Assembly (NCBI GenBank): GCA_965235115.1 | Contig: OZ249440.1 | Span: forward strand, 14,384,001 to 14,448,000 | Source: Laetmonice hystrix | Taxonomy: Eukaryota | Length of the DNA stretch: 64,000 nucleotides | Direction of reading: 5' to 3' | Shown: positions 12,400-25,265 of the stretch, in pieces | Numbering within the stretch: the first letter of the stretch is position 1 | Layout: every line of letters starts with the position of its first letter | The notes under the pieces: generated by a model | Seen by the model: the letters and a program-made list of their open reading frames with translations, nothing else | Told to the model about the DNA's origin: nothing | The model's database searches: none | Made by a program: the position numbers and the translations under genes

Positions 12400-13391
12400 A
12401 CGTTTTCAGCAATGAGTTCGGCACTCTCTGATGCCAATTTGAGTTGTCAAGGGGCATCGCGCATCCTGCATTCTACCCCTTGAGCTGAGCCCAGACTAAA
12501 CTGCCGGAGGTTGATCTTAAGGCCAACTTAATATTAGGCCTAATAGGACGTGGCATCGTCGTCATAGACTCGCCACCAACACTAAACGGTCTTCTACAAA
12601 AGCCCAGAAGGCTCATCCGAGATGCGAGATGCGAGATGTGAGATGCGAAATCTGAAATTCTGAAAAGAAAACACGCTGGCCAGTGAGATATTAGGCCTAT
12701 AGAGGTTACTTACTTTTCGTCTCACGTCTCTCATAATCGGATCGCTTCTTAGTGACAACAGGCAACTGGAATGTTGAATTTCATTAGATTTCTCCATTTC
12801 TGTGGATATACATTTATTGATTTATGTAGTCTCCGGACTTATCTAACCTAACAGGCCATGTCTGCATTTTGGAGTCATTGAAATGAGAGATAGTCTGTGT
12901 ATGCTTTAACTTTTCTACCAGCTCTGGAATATCTATATCAGGTGCTTGGTCAATGATTTATGGCGAGATCAAATGCATTCTGCGGTTGGCGCTTTCAAAT
13001 TCGTCAAAATGTTGGCGAGGCTGACAAGTAGGGGATGATATTGCAGTTGGCTGAGGTTAAATGATGGAAATACGTTTTCAGCAATGAGTTCGGCACTCTT
13101 TGATGCCAATTTGAGTTGTCAAGGGGCATCGCGCATCCTGCATTCTACCCCTTGAGCTGAGCCCAGACTAAACTGCCGGAGGTTGATCTTAAGGCCAACT
13201 TAATATTAGGCCTAATAGGACGTGGCATCGTCGTCATAGACTCGCCACCAACACTAAACGGTCTTCTACAAAAGCCCAGAAGGCTCATCCGAGATGCGAG
13301 ATGTGAGATGCGAAATCTGAAATTCTGAAAAGAAAACACGCTGGCCAGTGAGATATTAGGCCTATAGAGGTTACTTACTTTTCGTCTCACG
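12400..13391. repeat. Direct duplication (12400-12726 and 13072-13391) flanking a 342-bp copy (12732-13073) of 7699-8040
   Basis: The two flanking copies differ by 1 substitution and one 7-bp unit. The central segment differs from 7699-8040 by about 5 substitutions. Confidence 0.93.
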
Positions 13392-13894
13392 GTTCTTTTT
13401 CAACACAGGAGTCACTATGAAATGTCAGTTTTTGATTCTTTGTTCCCTTCTTTGTGATGTCAGTAAATGCATATAAAGCGTTCTTCACTGTTTTAAGGCT
13501 ACACTGTAAAAATAGATTAGTTAAATTTAACAAATTGTGTGGTGTGATTATGGTTCATTCTAATAAGCGTAGGCCTACACCCAACTGTACTTCTCCCAAC
13601 CACAGAAATCCTATAATTCCCCTTGAATAGCCATGCCGCCTGCCGGCATGCAAATCTCAGTCGCCATCTTGAATTGGGGTAGCTGCAGCAGTAATGGCGG
13701 ACAGTAAAGTGAGAGTAGCCGACAGAAGACTATCACGTGACCATCGTTTAAGCCTTCCATGTATTTAATCAGGCACAAAATAACTGAATAAACCCTGGTC
13801 AAAGGATGACAGAAGACGGGCTCCGAATGTTTCGGAATCAACTGTAACGAGAGTCCGTTGGGACGGACAGATGTAAGCCCTTCTCATGGGGCTT

Positions 13895-13996
13895 TACATT
13901 TTGACATTTCGGATTTCGCATTTCAGATTTTGCATTTCGGATTTCGGATCTCGCATTTCGGATTTCGCATTTCGAATTTCGTATTTTAAATTTCGG
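13895..13996. repeat. Degenerate 7-bp tandem repeat (ATTTCGG/ATTTCGC)
   Basis: Visible run; related in reverse complement to the GAGATGC/GAAATCT run at about 12620-12665. Confidence 0.75.
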
Positions 13997-16900
13997 ATGG
14001 AGACTACGTGGTTTGAGACATGCTATGCCGGGTCCCGGCAATAAGAAAGTACCACGCAAATTCGAGGCGCGTATCCAGGATTTCTTGAAGGGTGGGGTTC
14101 AGGGTCTTCTCCAATGGCAGCTACCTACAGAACAGGCGCGGATACAGCACTGCAAAGGGGGACGCCCTCGAGCGCCAAGGGCACGAGGCGAACATCTGCA
14201 GGGGAGGGTCTGGGAAAATTTTTGAATTTAGAAGGCAAAAAACGCTATTTCCTGGAATGTGTAGATAGAAATTGCGACGGAATGCGACAGTTTCTCAAGG
14301 CATTTAGGCCTAGCCTACCAATTATATTTGTCACTTCTTCAAAAGGGGAAGCGTGTCCCCCCCCCCCACCCCACTTGTTTGCTAAAGTGTTATCTTGAGC
14401 GCCTTAAATTCAGAGCTCAGAATTGGACTAAATTTGGAAAAGAAATGCGATTCTACCTTTAAAGACACGAACCGTTGACGCAGTGTTTGCCTTGAGGTGA
14501 GGAAGCCGCAGGAAATGCGCAACCTCTCTTATTCTGATGAATTGCAAGCAGCTTCTCATGCCATTTGGTCTGGAATTGAAACTAAAATGATAAATCGGGA
14601 TACGAAGAATGGCCTTTTGTGATAAGGAATTGGTTATATGATTTACCGTTATAAAGACCGACTTGGCAGGTGACTGTTAATGGCTGCTATTTCCTTAAAA
14701 CACCATGGAGCCTGGCACTGTCAATGACGCTTCCACGAATTTCCCCTAGCATATCCTCTCTGCAGATTGTATGCCGTTCACAAACTCACCTGCGAGAACT
14801 TCACGTCACAATATCTACATGTATGGACCCAGTTGATATTACCGGAGAACTGAAAACACCTCCAGGAGAACGGCCTGCATGTATCAAATATCATACGTGT
14901 TAATGTCTCTCTGGGAATACGATCCGACTATTGTGTAAGTAATATGTAGCTGTTGAAAGGCCATAATATCATAATCGTCATACAAGTCGATAAGTTACCT
15001 TGTTATTAAACGAGGTAAGCGTTCGAGCGCATAGGAAGGGGAGGGGGTACCGGGGTATCCGGCCATAGTGGGAGACTGCACCGAGTATAGGCTGGATGTG
15101 ATTCGATCCTTCTCCCCGGATCGAACTCCATTTGACTCGAGTAGCAGAGAGCCATGAGTTGGTCTTCCGGCAATCGTGCCTGGATCGTGTAGGTGCTTAC
15201 ACCCACGGTAGGTGCTTACACCCACGGCTGGTGGCGAGCGACCAGATGTGAATCGATCGAAACCATAAGAACAGGCCAAACAGTACAATCTTATAAGATG
15301 CTGGCAACTGACCCGAGTAAAATACGTGCGAAAGTCACTGCTGCTTGACGAGTTATCGCACAGGAGTGTTGGCACAAGAGGCAGCACCTGCTCATCGGGC
15401 CAATGCTCTTCTTGCGCGGGATCTTTTCTCCAGTGATTTATTTTTTTGGAGGGAAAGGCTACCCGTCCTTCCTCCACGGACCTATAATAGTGTTGTCCCA
15501 TTTACTTCTTGGCCTCGTGGTATATGAGCATTTTATCCGCGGCCACTATCCTTATATCCCATGGCTAATTGTTTTATAAGATGCAAGCCTTCTTTCTGTA
15601 ATTGATTTTTTGATGACGCGGAATATTTATAAGCCGGTTATCTGTATCTCCGACAAACCGCATCGTCGATTTGGGCGGGCGCTGCTCGAAACGGTGTTCG
15701 TTCGGAAATCTTCCTTTGATGAGACCATCTCCTGCTCAATCCATTTGAAGACAATGCTGGGACAAAACCAATCTTGTGAAACGCCAACTCTAATGGGATA
15801 GCGATCACGGGACCGACACTCGAAAGTCGATAGACTGGCTGTAAACTAGTTTTGTGTTACATTAGCTCTTTGTAAATCGATGGACAGGACCTTGACGATG
15901 ACTATAGCCTACAAGAGTGGAAGATAGAAAAATTATCTTTTGAGTGTCTCCTGAGCTTATTGGCCATGATAGTTTGAGAAAGGTGAAGTCGATGTCCATT
16001 TTGGCCCCCAGCGGAGAAGGGCACAAGCCATAAATGATCTAAATTAAGCGCCGCTCGTCAGGGAACGGACTTTGATTGGCCGCTAGGTTCATTACATGCT
16101 GCGCCGAATGGGTGCCTGGGGGTGGCCTTCCGCCTAATATAGCAGGTGCTCCATCTAATGACGCTACAATTGTTGCCTGCCAGTCCTTAACGTTATTCTT
16201 GCAGTGTTTGTTCCTCAGCACTCCAAAACAGTTTCAAATGTGTTATTGAAAGAGCATGAATAATAATGTAACGGTGATGCATGTTTGACTATGTGCAAGG
16301 CCATGATAGTCAAGAGATAACAGTACATCCTATATATACATAACCTATATGCTATTGGAAGATTAATGCTTTCTTTCATTCTTAACGTTTATGGTAGGTC
16401 GTCCAGATCATGGTATAAAACAATATGACGAAGAAAATACATTATGGATCAGGGTTAAGGTTAGGATTAAGGATAGGATTTAAATTTAAATAATACAACA
16501 TCACGGACTTCAAGTCCTAGGAATGCAGGTCCGTCAGATCTATACTTCAGGGATAGCAGGTGCGTCTGACCTATACATTTCAGGACTTGGATTTCTTTCA
16601 CACCGGGGTTCGTTCTGGCGCTCGGCGGTCCTGTCTTTAACGAACGAGTCTGTTTAGTCTCGTTGCTTTAACTCAAGGTAATTGATAAACAACATTATGT
16701 ATACTATCTGAGAGCCGCAAAGGAATCAACATTGCCATGAATTTGTGTTTATGACCCATGTGCAACTTGATTCGAAAAGCCTCAAATAGAATAACTACTA
16801 AATGCTCTTGTTCTAAAAGGGGTCTTTATGGTGACCCCAAACCACTTGTCGACAGTGCATTATTAGATCACCCACCTACAATTATTGACCTTGCGTCCCA

Positions 16901-19900
16901 CTTCTCAACTTCCCGTCAGCACCTTCTAATTCTGTACCGTCCGTTTTCCCCCCTCTTAACGAAGTTATCTGTGGTTAATAGCGTCACGTTGCCAAACGGC
17001 TCCGATGGAGTGTCCACTTTGAAAGCACGCCTGGCGCGGTTTCTTCCGTCTCCTGTCGGAAATAGCGTCTCCGGTGTGATAGCATCAGTTTGACTATATA
17101 CTCAGAAGGTTCTCCGGTATCTCCCAGGGATTTCGTTGCCGGTCAGGACGCGTCGACCGGATTCTATCTCGGGCTGTGAGCAGTGATCACTTCCTCCAGC
17201 CTGTTGACCACAGCTGGCGGCTGAAAGCTGCCGCGAGACCTCGTGTTCCGAGTCACGTGTCGTTCGCCTCGCAGCGCTAAATATCGTCTGCTCTCAGTGC
17301 CAACTCACTGAGCTCTTAATGGCGCTAACTTGCCTGCCAAACAAAGCCACACATCGCAGCCGGGGCCTTGATGGAATGCCAAATGATGACTAAAGAAAAG
17401 AGAGCTATCGGGGGCGGCCGAGCCGAAGTGGCCAAGGAACCTTATACTCCCCTGACCCAAGGCCAACAATTTGGAGCGGGGTGCTGGAAAGGGTAATTGT
17501 CCACTAGCGGGTCAGCACCGATTCATCACATCCTCCCCCCAGCTGAGACTGCAGATTGGAACTGCATGACGAAGAGTGCGCTCAATCTTTCTGTACGTGT
17601 ACATGTCTCTCCTTCGGTCCATTAAACAAACCAGACAGCCCCTTTTGATGGCTCAGCCGCTGGGGTTAATTCAAACGCTTACTTCCAACACCATCGTCGT
17701 AATGTACCGCAGTCTCCTGATAAAATTTTCAACGTGGAAGTAAGTTAAGGTAAGCACCCTCGGATATGATTTAACCTCATGGCATATTTTCCCACCTAAA
17801 TCCTTTCAAGTGAAAACGCGATGGATTCAGACTCTCCCTTCCCGGAGAAATGGCCTGTGGTTAGATGGCGGTGTCTGAGGAACTGGTCAGTGAGGGTGGG
17901 GGTGGGGGAGGGGGGTGCAAGCCCTCAACACCTGGCCAATAGTTTCCTATCCAGTCATCATGCAGTGTCTGGTTATCCTCACTTTGGGATTCTAATCGCA
18001 ACCACCGTCAGTAGGCTGGCCATGGGAAGGCTGCAGGATCAATAGCTATCATCTCCCCGCTGGCTTCCGCCTTCAATGTGATTATGAACATCTTTCCGTG
18101 ATCCTAAGGCATACTTACTTTTCATTTCATCCGTTGATGACAGTCTCTCATTAAGGCACGACGCCTTGGCCCTAGCTGCAGGGAACCCAGCGAATACAGG
18201 GATCACAACAAACCACATCAGAACTGTAATCAGAGACTGCTAATCAAACAGGGATCATTCCCGGTACAGACCACGGCAATACGACACCTTACCAACGGTT
18301 TCCAGCCTACAAACTGTCCGCGTCAGGCGCCAGTATGAGCATTCTGGGTATACTTGCAGTATGAAGTCATGTGGAAGTGGGGAGGTTTCCTGCAGGGGGA
18401 GGGGGGGGGAGGGGGGGGGAAGGAAAGTTGACACTAACCATCCGTTTACGTGAACTATCTCACTCCCGGTGTGTCCTGACGCGATTATCCACCAAAACCA
18501 CAGTAATCCAAATTCGCCCTTGTTTACCCGACGTCGCCGCATGTGGTTTCCATGCCACAGGTATGCAGTCACTGCACTTGGCTTTTATCCTGTTCAAACA
18601 ATGAGTTCCTTTCCAGGAGGATTCCTATTTTAACCTTGCCCTCATGTGGGCTCTGCTGTAGTAGTCATCAGGTTGTTCCAGCCGAAACAACCAGTTTATC
18701 GATGTGAACTCCAGCGAGAGGTGACGTAAAACTCGTTATTTTTTCTTTCTCACCCGCGTGGAAGCAACAAATGGCACGCTCAAGTGGCGCTGTGTTGGAA
18801 CAAACACAATGAACTGATGTTCATCGCATGGTCATGAATCGTCTTTTTCTATTCGGCCATCCAGGAGTACACTGATCTCCGATCTAGGAGTACACTGATC
18901 TCCGTCTCCGTCACAGAGCCACATCTGCCTGGTTGAACTTCCGTCCCCTGATCAGAAAGCAGGCTCCGGCGTATCACGTCGTGTTTCATGTCGAGCAGAC
19001 GACCAACAGAACTAACACGGCGGCAGCGGCACCTGTCACAGCGACACCTACCACCCGAGGCCAGAACTAACACTAATTCGGCAAGCAGTCGCGTGGAGGC
19101 GGGAGAGCTCTCGACGTTCTAGGCTTCATTGGAAAGACAGCGAATTCAACGGAGCGGAAAATGTATCGGATAAGGGCAGTCGCTCGTGAAACTGGCCGTT
19201 TGAGGGGACTATCAAAAAAGGCGTGGCTATGTGAGGTTAGGTTAAGGCTTGTAGGCTGGCACACATGTGCGAAACTGAAATTGCTGAAGGGTTCATAGCA
19301 AAACGACAGTGCATTAAATGTAGGTGCAGAAGCGGTTTGTTTATTTTCAGAATGTTTCCCATTGAACCGTAGGAATGACAACTTCTCTGACATCCATGTA
19401 ACATCAGATTATTAAATTTCGTTAAAACACAATAGCGGTGCCAGTCCATGGATAATTAAGGAAGGATTTCAGGAAAAAAGGATGTTAATTGCGCCAAGGG
19501 ATTTAACGCCGCGACATTCCTACACTTGGAAAGAATACGAGTAATCTGAAGGAGGCTACATGTGCATCTGTTATCAGATATTTACAAAACACAAAATTAA
19601 TTGTCCTTATTCGAACGCCTTGTTTAAAGGTTTATATCTAAGCGTATCTAGATCCACTGCCTCCAAAACGATTCATACATGTTCCTATATACGATTAAAT
19701 AATGTATTATAAGCCAAGGCATTTTATTTTAAAGGGAATATCTCACGAATGTCAAGTCATACGTGGCGTTTCCCAAAGAAATATGTCTGCATTGCGGTTC
19801 TCCGATATGGTCCAAACCTCCCCTACCTTTCTATATGTGGACTTGGCGGGTAGTATGTAAAATAGATTCTAAAAGTCACCAAATCTGATTTCAGTCTCTG

Positions 19901-22855
19901 AAAGTGACCTAATTGGCTTCCGAGACCCCGGGAGTTGTTTTCATATTCCTCGGCACACGGATATGCAAATTATGGTATGTGCAAATTAGAAGTTTGCAAT
20001 ATTGGCTTAGATGTACGATTTGTAGCGAAAATAGATGTCAAATATTATCGGCATTATTCTCCGGATAATCACGGATTTCTCTTTTAACGAATTCTGGAAC
20101 TACATTCGTTGCGGACTGTTACCAAAGGTGTGTTCTACACCACAACAACACAACGTTCATACGATTGAAGACGTGCCAAAATGGCGGCATTCATCGTGTT
20201 TGCGTGAACTCGGACTAGTTTTTGTCATTTTTCGACCATCAGGTATAATTTCACAGCTGTCGACTCTGTAATGTGTTAACAGAATCAATATGAAAAACAT
20301 TCAATGCCATAAAGTACGTCAATGAGGTGGGCATAAATATGAAGATTCCGGTCGATCCGGCGAATAAGACAATCCCTTTAATTTCAAATTCATCAAAATC
20401 GACCTTATAGTGGCTGTATGGAAACAGTTTTAACAGTTTTTTCTCGTATGAATTAAACATCAGGCTGTCCTCGTTTTCCGTAACTCCCTGAAATCCGCCA
20501 CAGCTGCCGTCAGTCTACCAGACGATGTTTTTAATGATGGGCACGGTTTTTCAACAGCTTTTAAACGTGACAAAACTGAAGGCAAAGTCCGAAAAGCTAC
20601 GGCATTATGTTGCGTCGTTGTTACAATCACTAAATCTGTCCATACTGTGGTAGGGACATACCAGGATATACATCTTATTTTCTTTTTTTCACCCTAAAAG
20701 TAGCGTTTTTTTACTTCAGAACTTCACGCAAATTTGCCTAAAGGGTGTTCCTTCATTATCTCATTGCTTTCTTTGTCGACGACGAAAATCAGTTTTCAAA
20801 GTTAGCGAATTGACACTGGGTATTTAAATATGCTTTTAATCTGACCTGTTTTTAAAACGACGGAGCTCATCTAAATTAAAGATCTCACTAGACTGTAAAT
20901 TCGATATATCTGTCGTCAAACAACTTGATTATGTATCAATTTGTCCAACACAACCAATGTCAATACCGTGCAGAACTTTAATTAAGTTTGGCAAACCATC
21001 CAGCAATTAACTTCACCCCAAAGGGAACACATCTGTGATAGAGCAAAAGCCCGTTCGAACGTTTTGATGGAAACCAGACGCGGTTTAGGAACGTGGATGG
21101 AGGGCACTTTATACAGGGCGTATTTTCAAGATGGATCATCCAGTTATTTATAGCGCTTCGGGATACTGTTACAGTACCTACACATGAACCCGAGGCGTAT
21201 ACATTGAATCAGGACATGAGGCGTCGTCTTTTAAACTGACGAGGAAATGTTTACATTTAACAATGCCAATATCCTGAATGAAAATGAAAACACATGATGA
21301 CCTCATAGTACTTCCATGAGAATACACGAGTATTCGAGATTAGATTGTGTTCTTCCATAATGCCGGATTTATGTGTCAGGACGGGAGAATATGGAATTGG
21401 TATAACCGGATTTCGCAATTAATGAAGAGAAAAACCTTTTATTTTCTCTATGTATCCACCTCTTGGACACCCCAGTATATTGCCAACTCTGTACATCCGG
21501 TATAGACCCACAGATTAAGCATGTATCTATGATGTCGTCAAGAATCCGTTCGATGGGTGTTGTAATGTAAGTAAGATCTGTACCTCCACACATACGATAT
21601 CCAATAAGACCAGACGTGTGGATACGATAACATGCTCAGGCCAGACTTAACCAGCAAGTGTGTAGGGGCGACCGACCGGGTGAATTGAGCGATAAAATGA
21701 GCTAGCCAACTCTTGGTACAGGCCATCACGGAATGTTTGGGGGGCAGTAAAGGACGTTCCGTTATGGGCCTTTATGGCTGCAATGACCTGAATGTGGCTA
21801 TCTCCGTATTGCCGAATCCTCCCACCCATCGCAGAATATCTTCGCCCAGGCACGTTTGGCTACCGGCAGAGTTTGTCTAGCTGAGATACGTAGTAAATAC
21901 TGAAAGCAGCGACGTCGAGGTATACGAGTCACAACAGGCAGTATTTGTATACTGAGTAAGAAGGTAAAGTTTATTTAATTTATTAAGTTATGTTTATTAA
22001 TTTTGTTTTTAATTTTAGATTATCATGGCAGCATTGACATCCATTCGTGAGAAGAGATCGCTTAGTATTATAGCTGTCTCAGTGTACTGGGGAATTGGTT
22101 CAGATTTTAAATCACTATAAATTCTCTCCGTCATCTGTACATGCAGATCGTCTGCCATCAGGATGTGCTGTTTATTTAAAGGGACATTGAAGATAGCACG
22201 ATGGGTACGAAATATGAGGCTGACTTTAAACTTTGAAAAAAAAATCCCTTCTTTATAACGGCATTTGCCATTGTAAAATGCGTGTGTTTTCCAAATTAGT
22301 TGTACGTGTGGCTTCAGCACGAAACAGTGGCTTCCAAACTATGCACATAATGTCCAGATAAAGTTGCTTTTCATTTTATGGTTCAGCGAAGTGTCCTCTG
22401 TAGCGTATTGAACGGTCATATCTTGTTGTTCATGGTCTATATCCTATAGATGAATGGTGAATAGTACGGGTGTATCTACTTATTGCGGGCAAAGCGTGTT
22501 TCCAGCAACTCTCCAGAACACCATTGTTAATAACAAATGACTGTACAATGAACAGCCCCTTAACAACCAGTGCTGCAGAGCATTTTTCCGTTTCAACGAA
22601 ATTGGATTTTGCGATAGCGTGATTACCCTGACTGACGACAGGTGGCGTGTGTGTATTCTATCATGAACGACACGGTTGTTTTGCTTCCGTTTTTAGGAGT
22701 TGTGATGGGACAGTTAATGGCAAAGAACAGCAGTGGTGTAGTGACGGGAAAAGGAGGGAGGTATTTGCAACTAAGGGGGGGGAGCAAATTACCAGAGTGA
22801 GCATTTTAAAAAGAATATTATTAGCATTTTTCGCGTGGCAGCGAAGGTACAAATA

Positions 22856-23065
22856 CCGTATATGTCCTATTTGCCGCGCATGCGCGTGTGCAGAAGGGGG
22901 GTGCGCGGCAAATGAATTATTTTAACGTTAAGGGGGCATTTTCTTTCCAAATAGGTCCCCAATATGAGTTTTCCCAAATTTCCACCCCTGACAAACACAT
23001 TGGGTTTTAAAAAATGCTGGGGTGCGCGGCAAATGGGAGGTGCGCGGCAAATAGGACATATACGG
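22856..23065. mobile_element. Tc1/mariner-pogo-type MITE (210 bp), TA TSD
   Basis: Perfect 25-bp TIR CCGTATATGTCCTATTTGCCGCGCA / TGCGCGGCAAATAGGACATATACGG, flanked by TA on both sides. Extra internal TGCGCGGCAAAT copies. Confidence 0.85.
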
Positions 23066-25265
23066 TAAACAGATATCTGGTCCCTATCTCTAATATATCA
23101 CTCCGTACCATGGATGGCGTGTATATGTGCCTTCTCGGTTGGGAGTGAAGTTTGGAGACGGTAGACTATAGACTATAACGAAATCGCACAACAACTGCAA
23201 TTACCATACAAGTTAACAGACAGACAGATGAGAGGCCAGAGTGAGACTGCGTCGGTAACACCCAGGATCATGTCCACTTTGTTTAGCATGCAAATGGTTT
23301 TTTTTTTACTTTTCGTATAGTCAAAGTTATTCTAAGGGGGGAGGGGCCCTTCGCAGCTCCTGTCCCACCTGCAACTAATTCTCTGGCATTGAGTGGACCT
23401 TTATACTTTATAATGGCCAAAACACACGGACTAGAATTATATCTCTTCAAACGCTTCTTGCCATTACCTCAATACAATGTATATCCATTATCTTACTACA
23501 TGTATATGTTCCACAAACGACCATGAACCATAGACTATACCCCTATGACTGTTTCACTTTCTAAGGTTAAAAGACATAATGAAACGGAAAGGCGGACAGA
23601 CGATTCAAAATTATTAAAAAGAATAAACATAGGCCTACACCACCGTCGACAAAGGCTGTCTGGCATATCGTTAAGACAGTGAGTGACTGGATAGGGGTAG
23701 AGTAACCAGCGCGAACCAGATATGGTATAATTGACAGCATAGATGTAGAGAGCACGTTGCACATGGTCGTACCCACATGGTATTCGCTATCATACAAAGC
23801 ACGCGAGCGTGTATTGTCAACGGGCATTGTAACATCGCACGGACCGAGCAAGCAACAACAGGCGACGTAAAATGGGACACGCAACAGGTATGGCAACTTA
23901 AGAGAATATGAGGGGTTTGAGGTGGACAATACATTGTATATTATTGGCTCTAGAGGCGGTCAACTATTTTTGCATCAGTCGGTGGCTCCTTGATAATAAT
24001 TAGGCCTCTTTCTGGAACGTTTGAGTACCTTCAGACATGTCAGCCCTTCCTATTATAATTTAATGAACATTGAACATTGAACTTTATTGAACAATTTTGG
24101 TTTATACCCCTTCCACACTATAATGTGATCCACAGTTGCGGCAAATATAGCGTGCTAGCACCTCGCTTTACGAACTTTAGAATTCGCTTCCAATGCGCAT
24201 TAAATAGCCCCAACGCTCATTCTAGTACGAGGTGTTGTGAATTATAATGTGCTTGCTGGGTTTTATTGACAACAGAAAGCAGACACAGTAACCTATGCCC
24301 TGTCCCTGAGTTTGTATGCCTCATCGCAATTCTCTACTATACATGTATATATACGGGCCTTATAATATGATACTGTGAGTGGCACTCAGCTTACCTTGAC
24401 AAAGGGTCCAGTGTTGGGTCATGGTCAAGTACCAGATAGTTCAATCATATATAGTTATGGACCGTGCCCTCACTATATATAAGTAGCTATTAATAAATAA
24501 GAGGTTCCGATGAGCATTGTCGTTATCGTACCTTACCAATTGGAAAGGGCAAACTAGCAAAGGTTGCAAAACGAGGAGGGTGTGTGTATTTTAGATACTT
24601 TCTACGAGTTTCTGCTACAGCTATCCCCACATCATTGCTTCTTTGCTTCTTTAACAAAATTACAAGTTAAAACTGCTAGATGTTCATAAGGATTATTCCC
24701 AACGCAATCTAACTTTATAGGTAGGCCTAACTTTTGCACAGCAGTAGCAGGTACTATCATAGTGGTCAACGTGTTTCGAATCGAGTGGCGTATTTTGATC
24801 AGGTGAGGTTATCAACATCTCAATCCTAGGCCAAGTGATGTGGATACCCAGTTCCTCCCGTCCAAGGTACAAAAGGTCAGGTGGACATCGACCTACATGG
24901 TGGGAGCATGTCCTGGGTTGGGACGACTTTACATAATGTTCTGAATATGCCAATGTCTCTGTAAATATCACGATGGAAGTAGCATGGTCATAAAGTCACG
25001 AAAAAAAGAAAAGGCCGAATCATCTCAAATGCAATTTGATACCTATCTTCAGGAGTATACAATTTGGTGGAGACAGAGTCAAAGATGTAGAATCACCGCT
25101 CCCTAACTCCGAGCAATCTAAAGTGCACTTGTCTCTTTCAAGGAGACCTGTCCAGAGGCATCGAAGATTTCAGGAGACAGGGGGCTGCAACAGTGAATCT
25201 TTTTTTTAAACATTTTTTCTATCGTTCCGTGCTCTCACCCGACCCTTTGACTGTCTACCTTGCAG

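Noticed and set aside
21380-21900. LINE reverse-transcriptase fragment (also considered for 3100-3700)
   Set aside because: Only vague resemblance across frames with many stops; it cannot be supported without a search.
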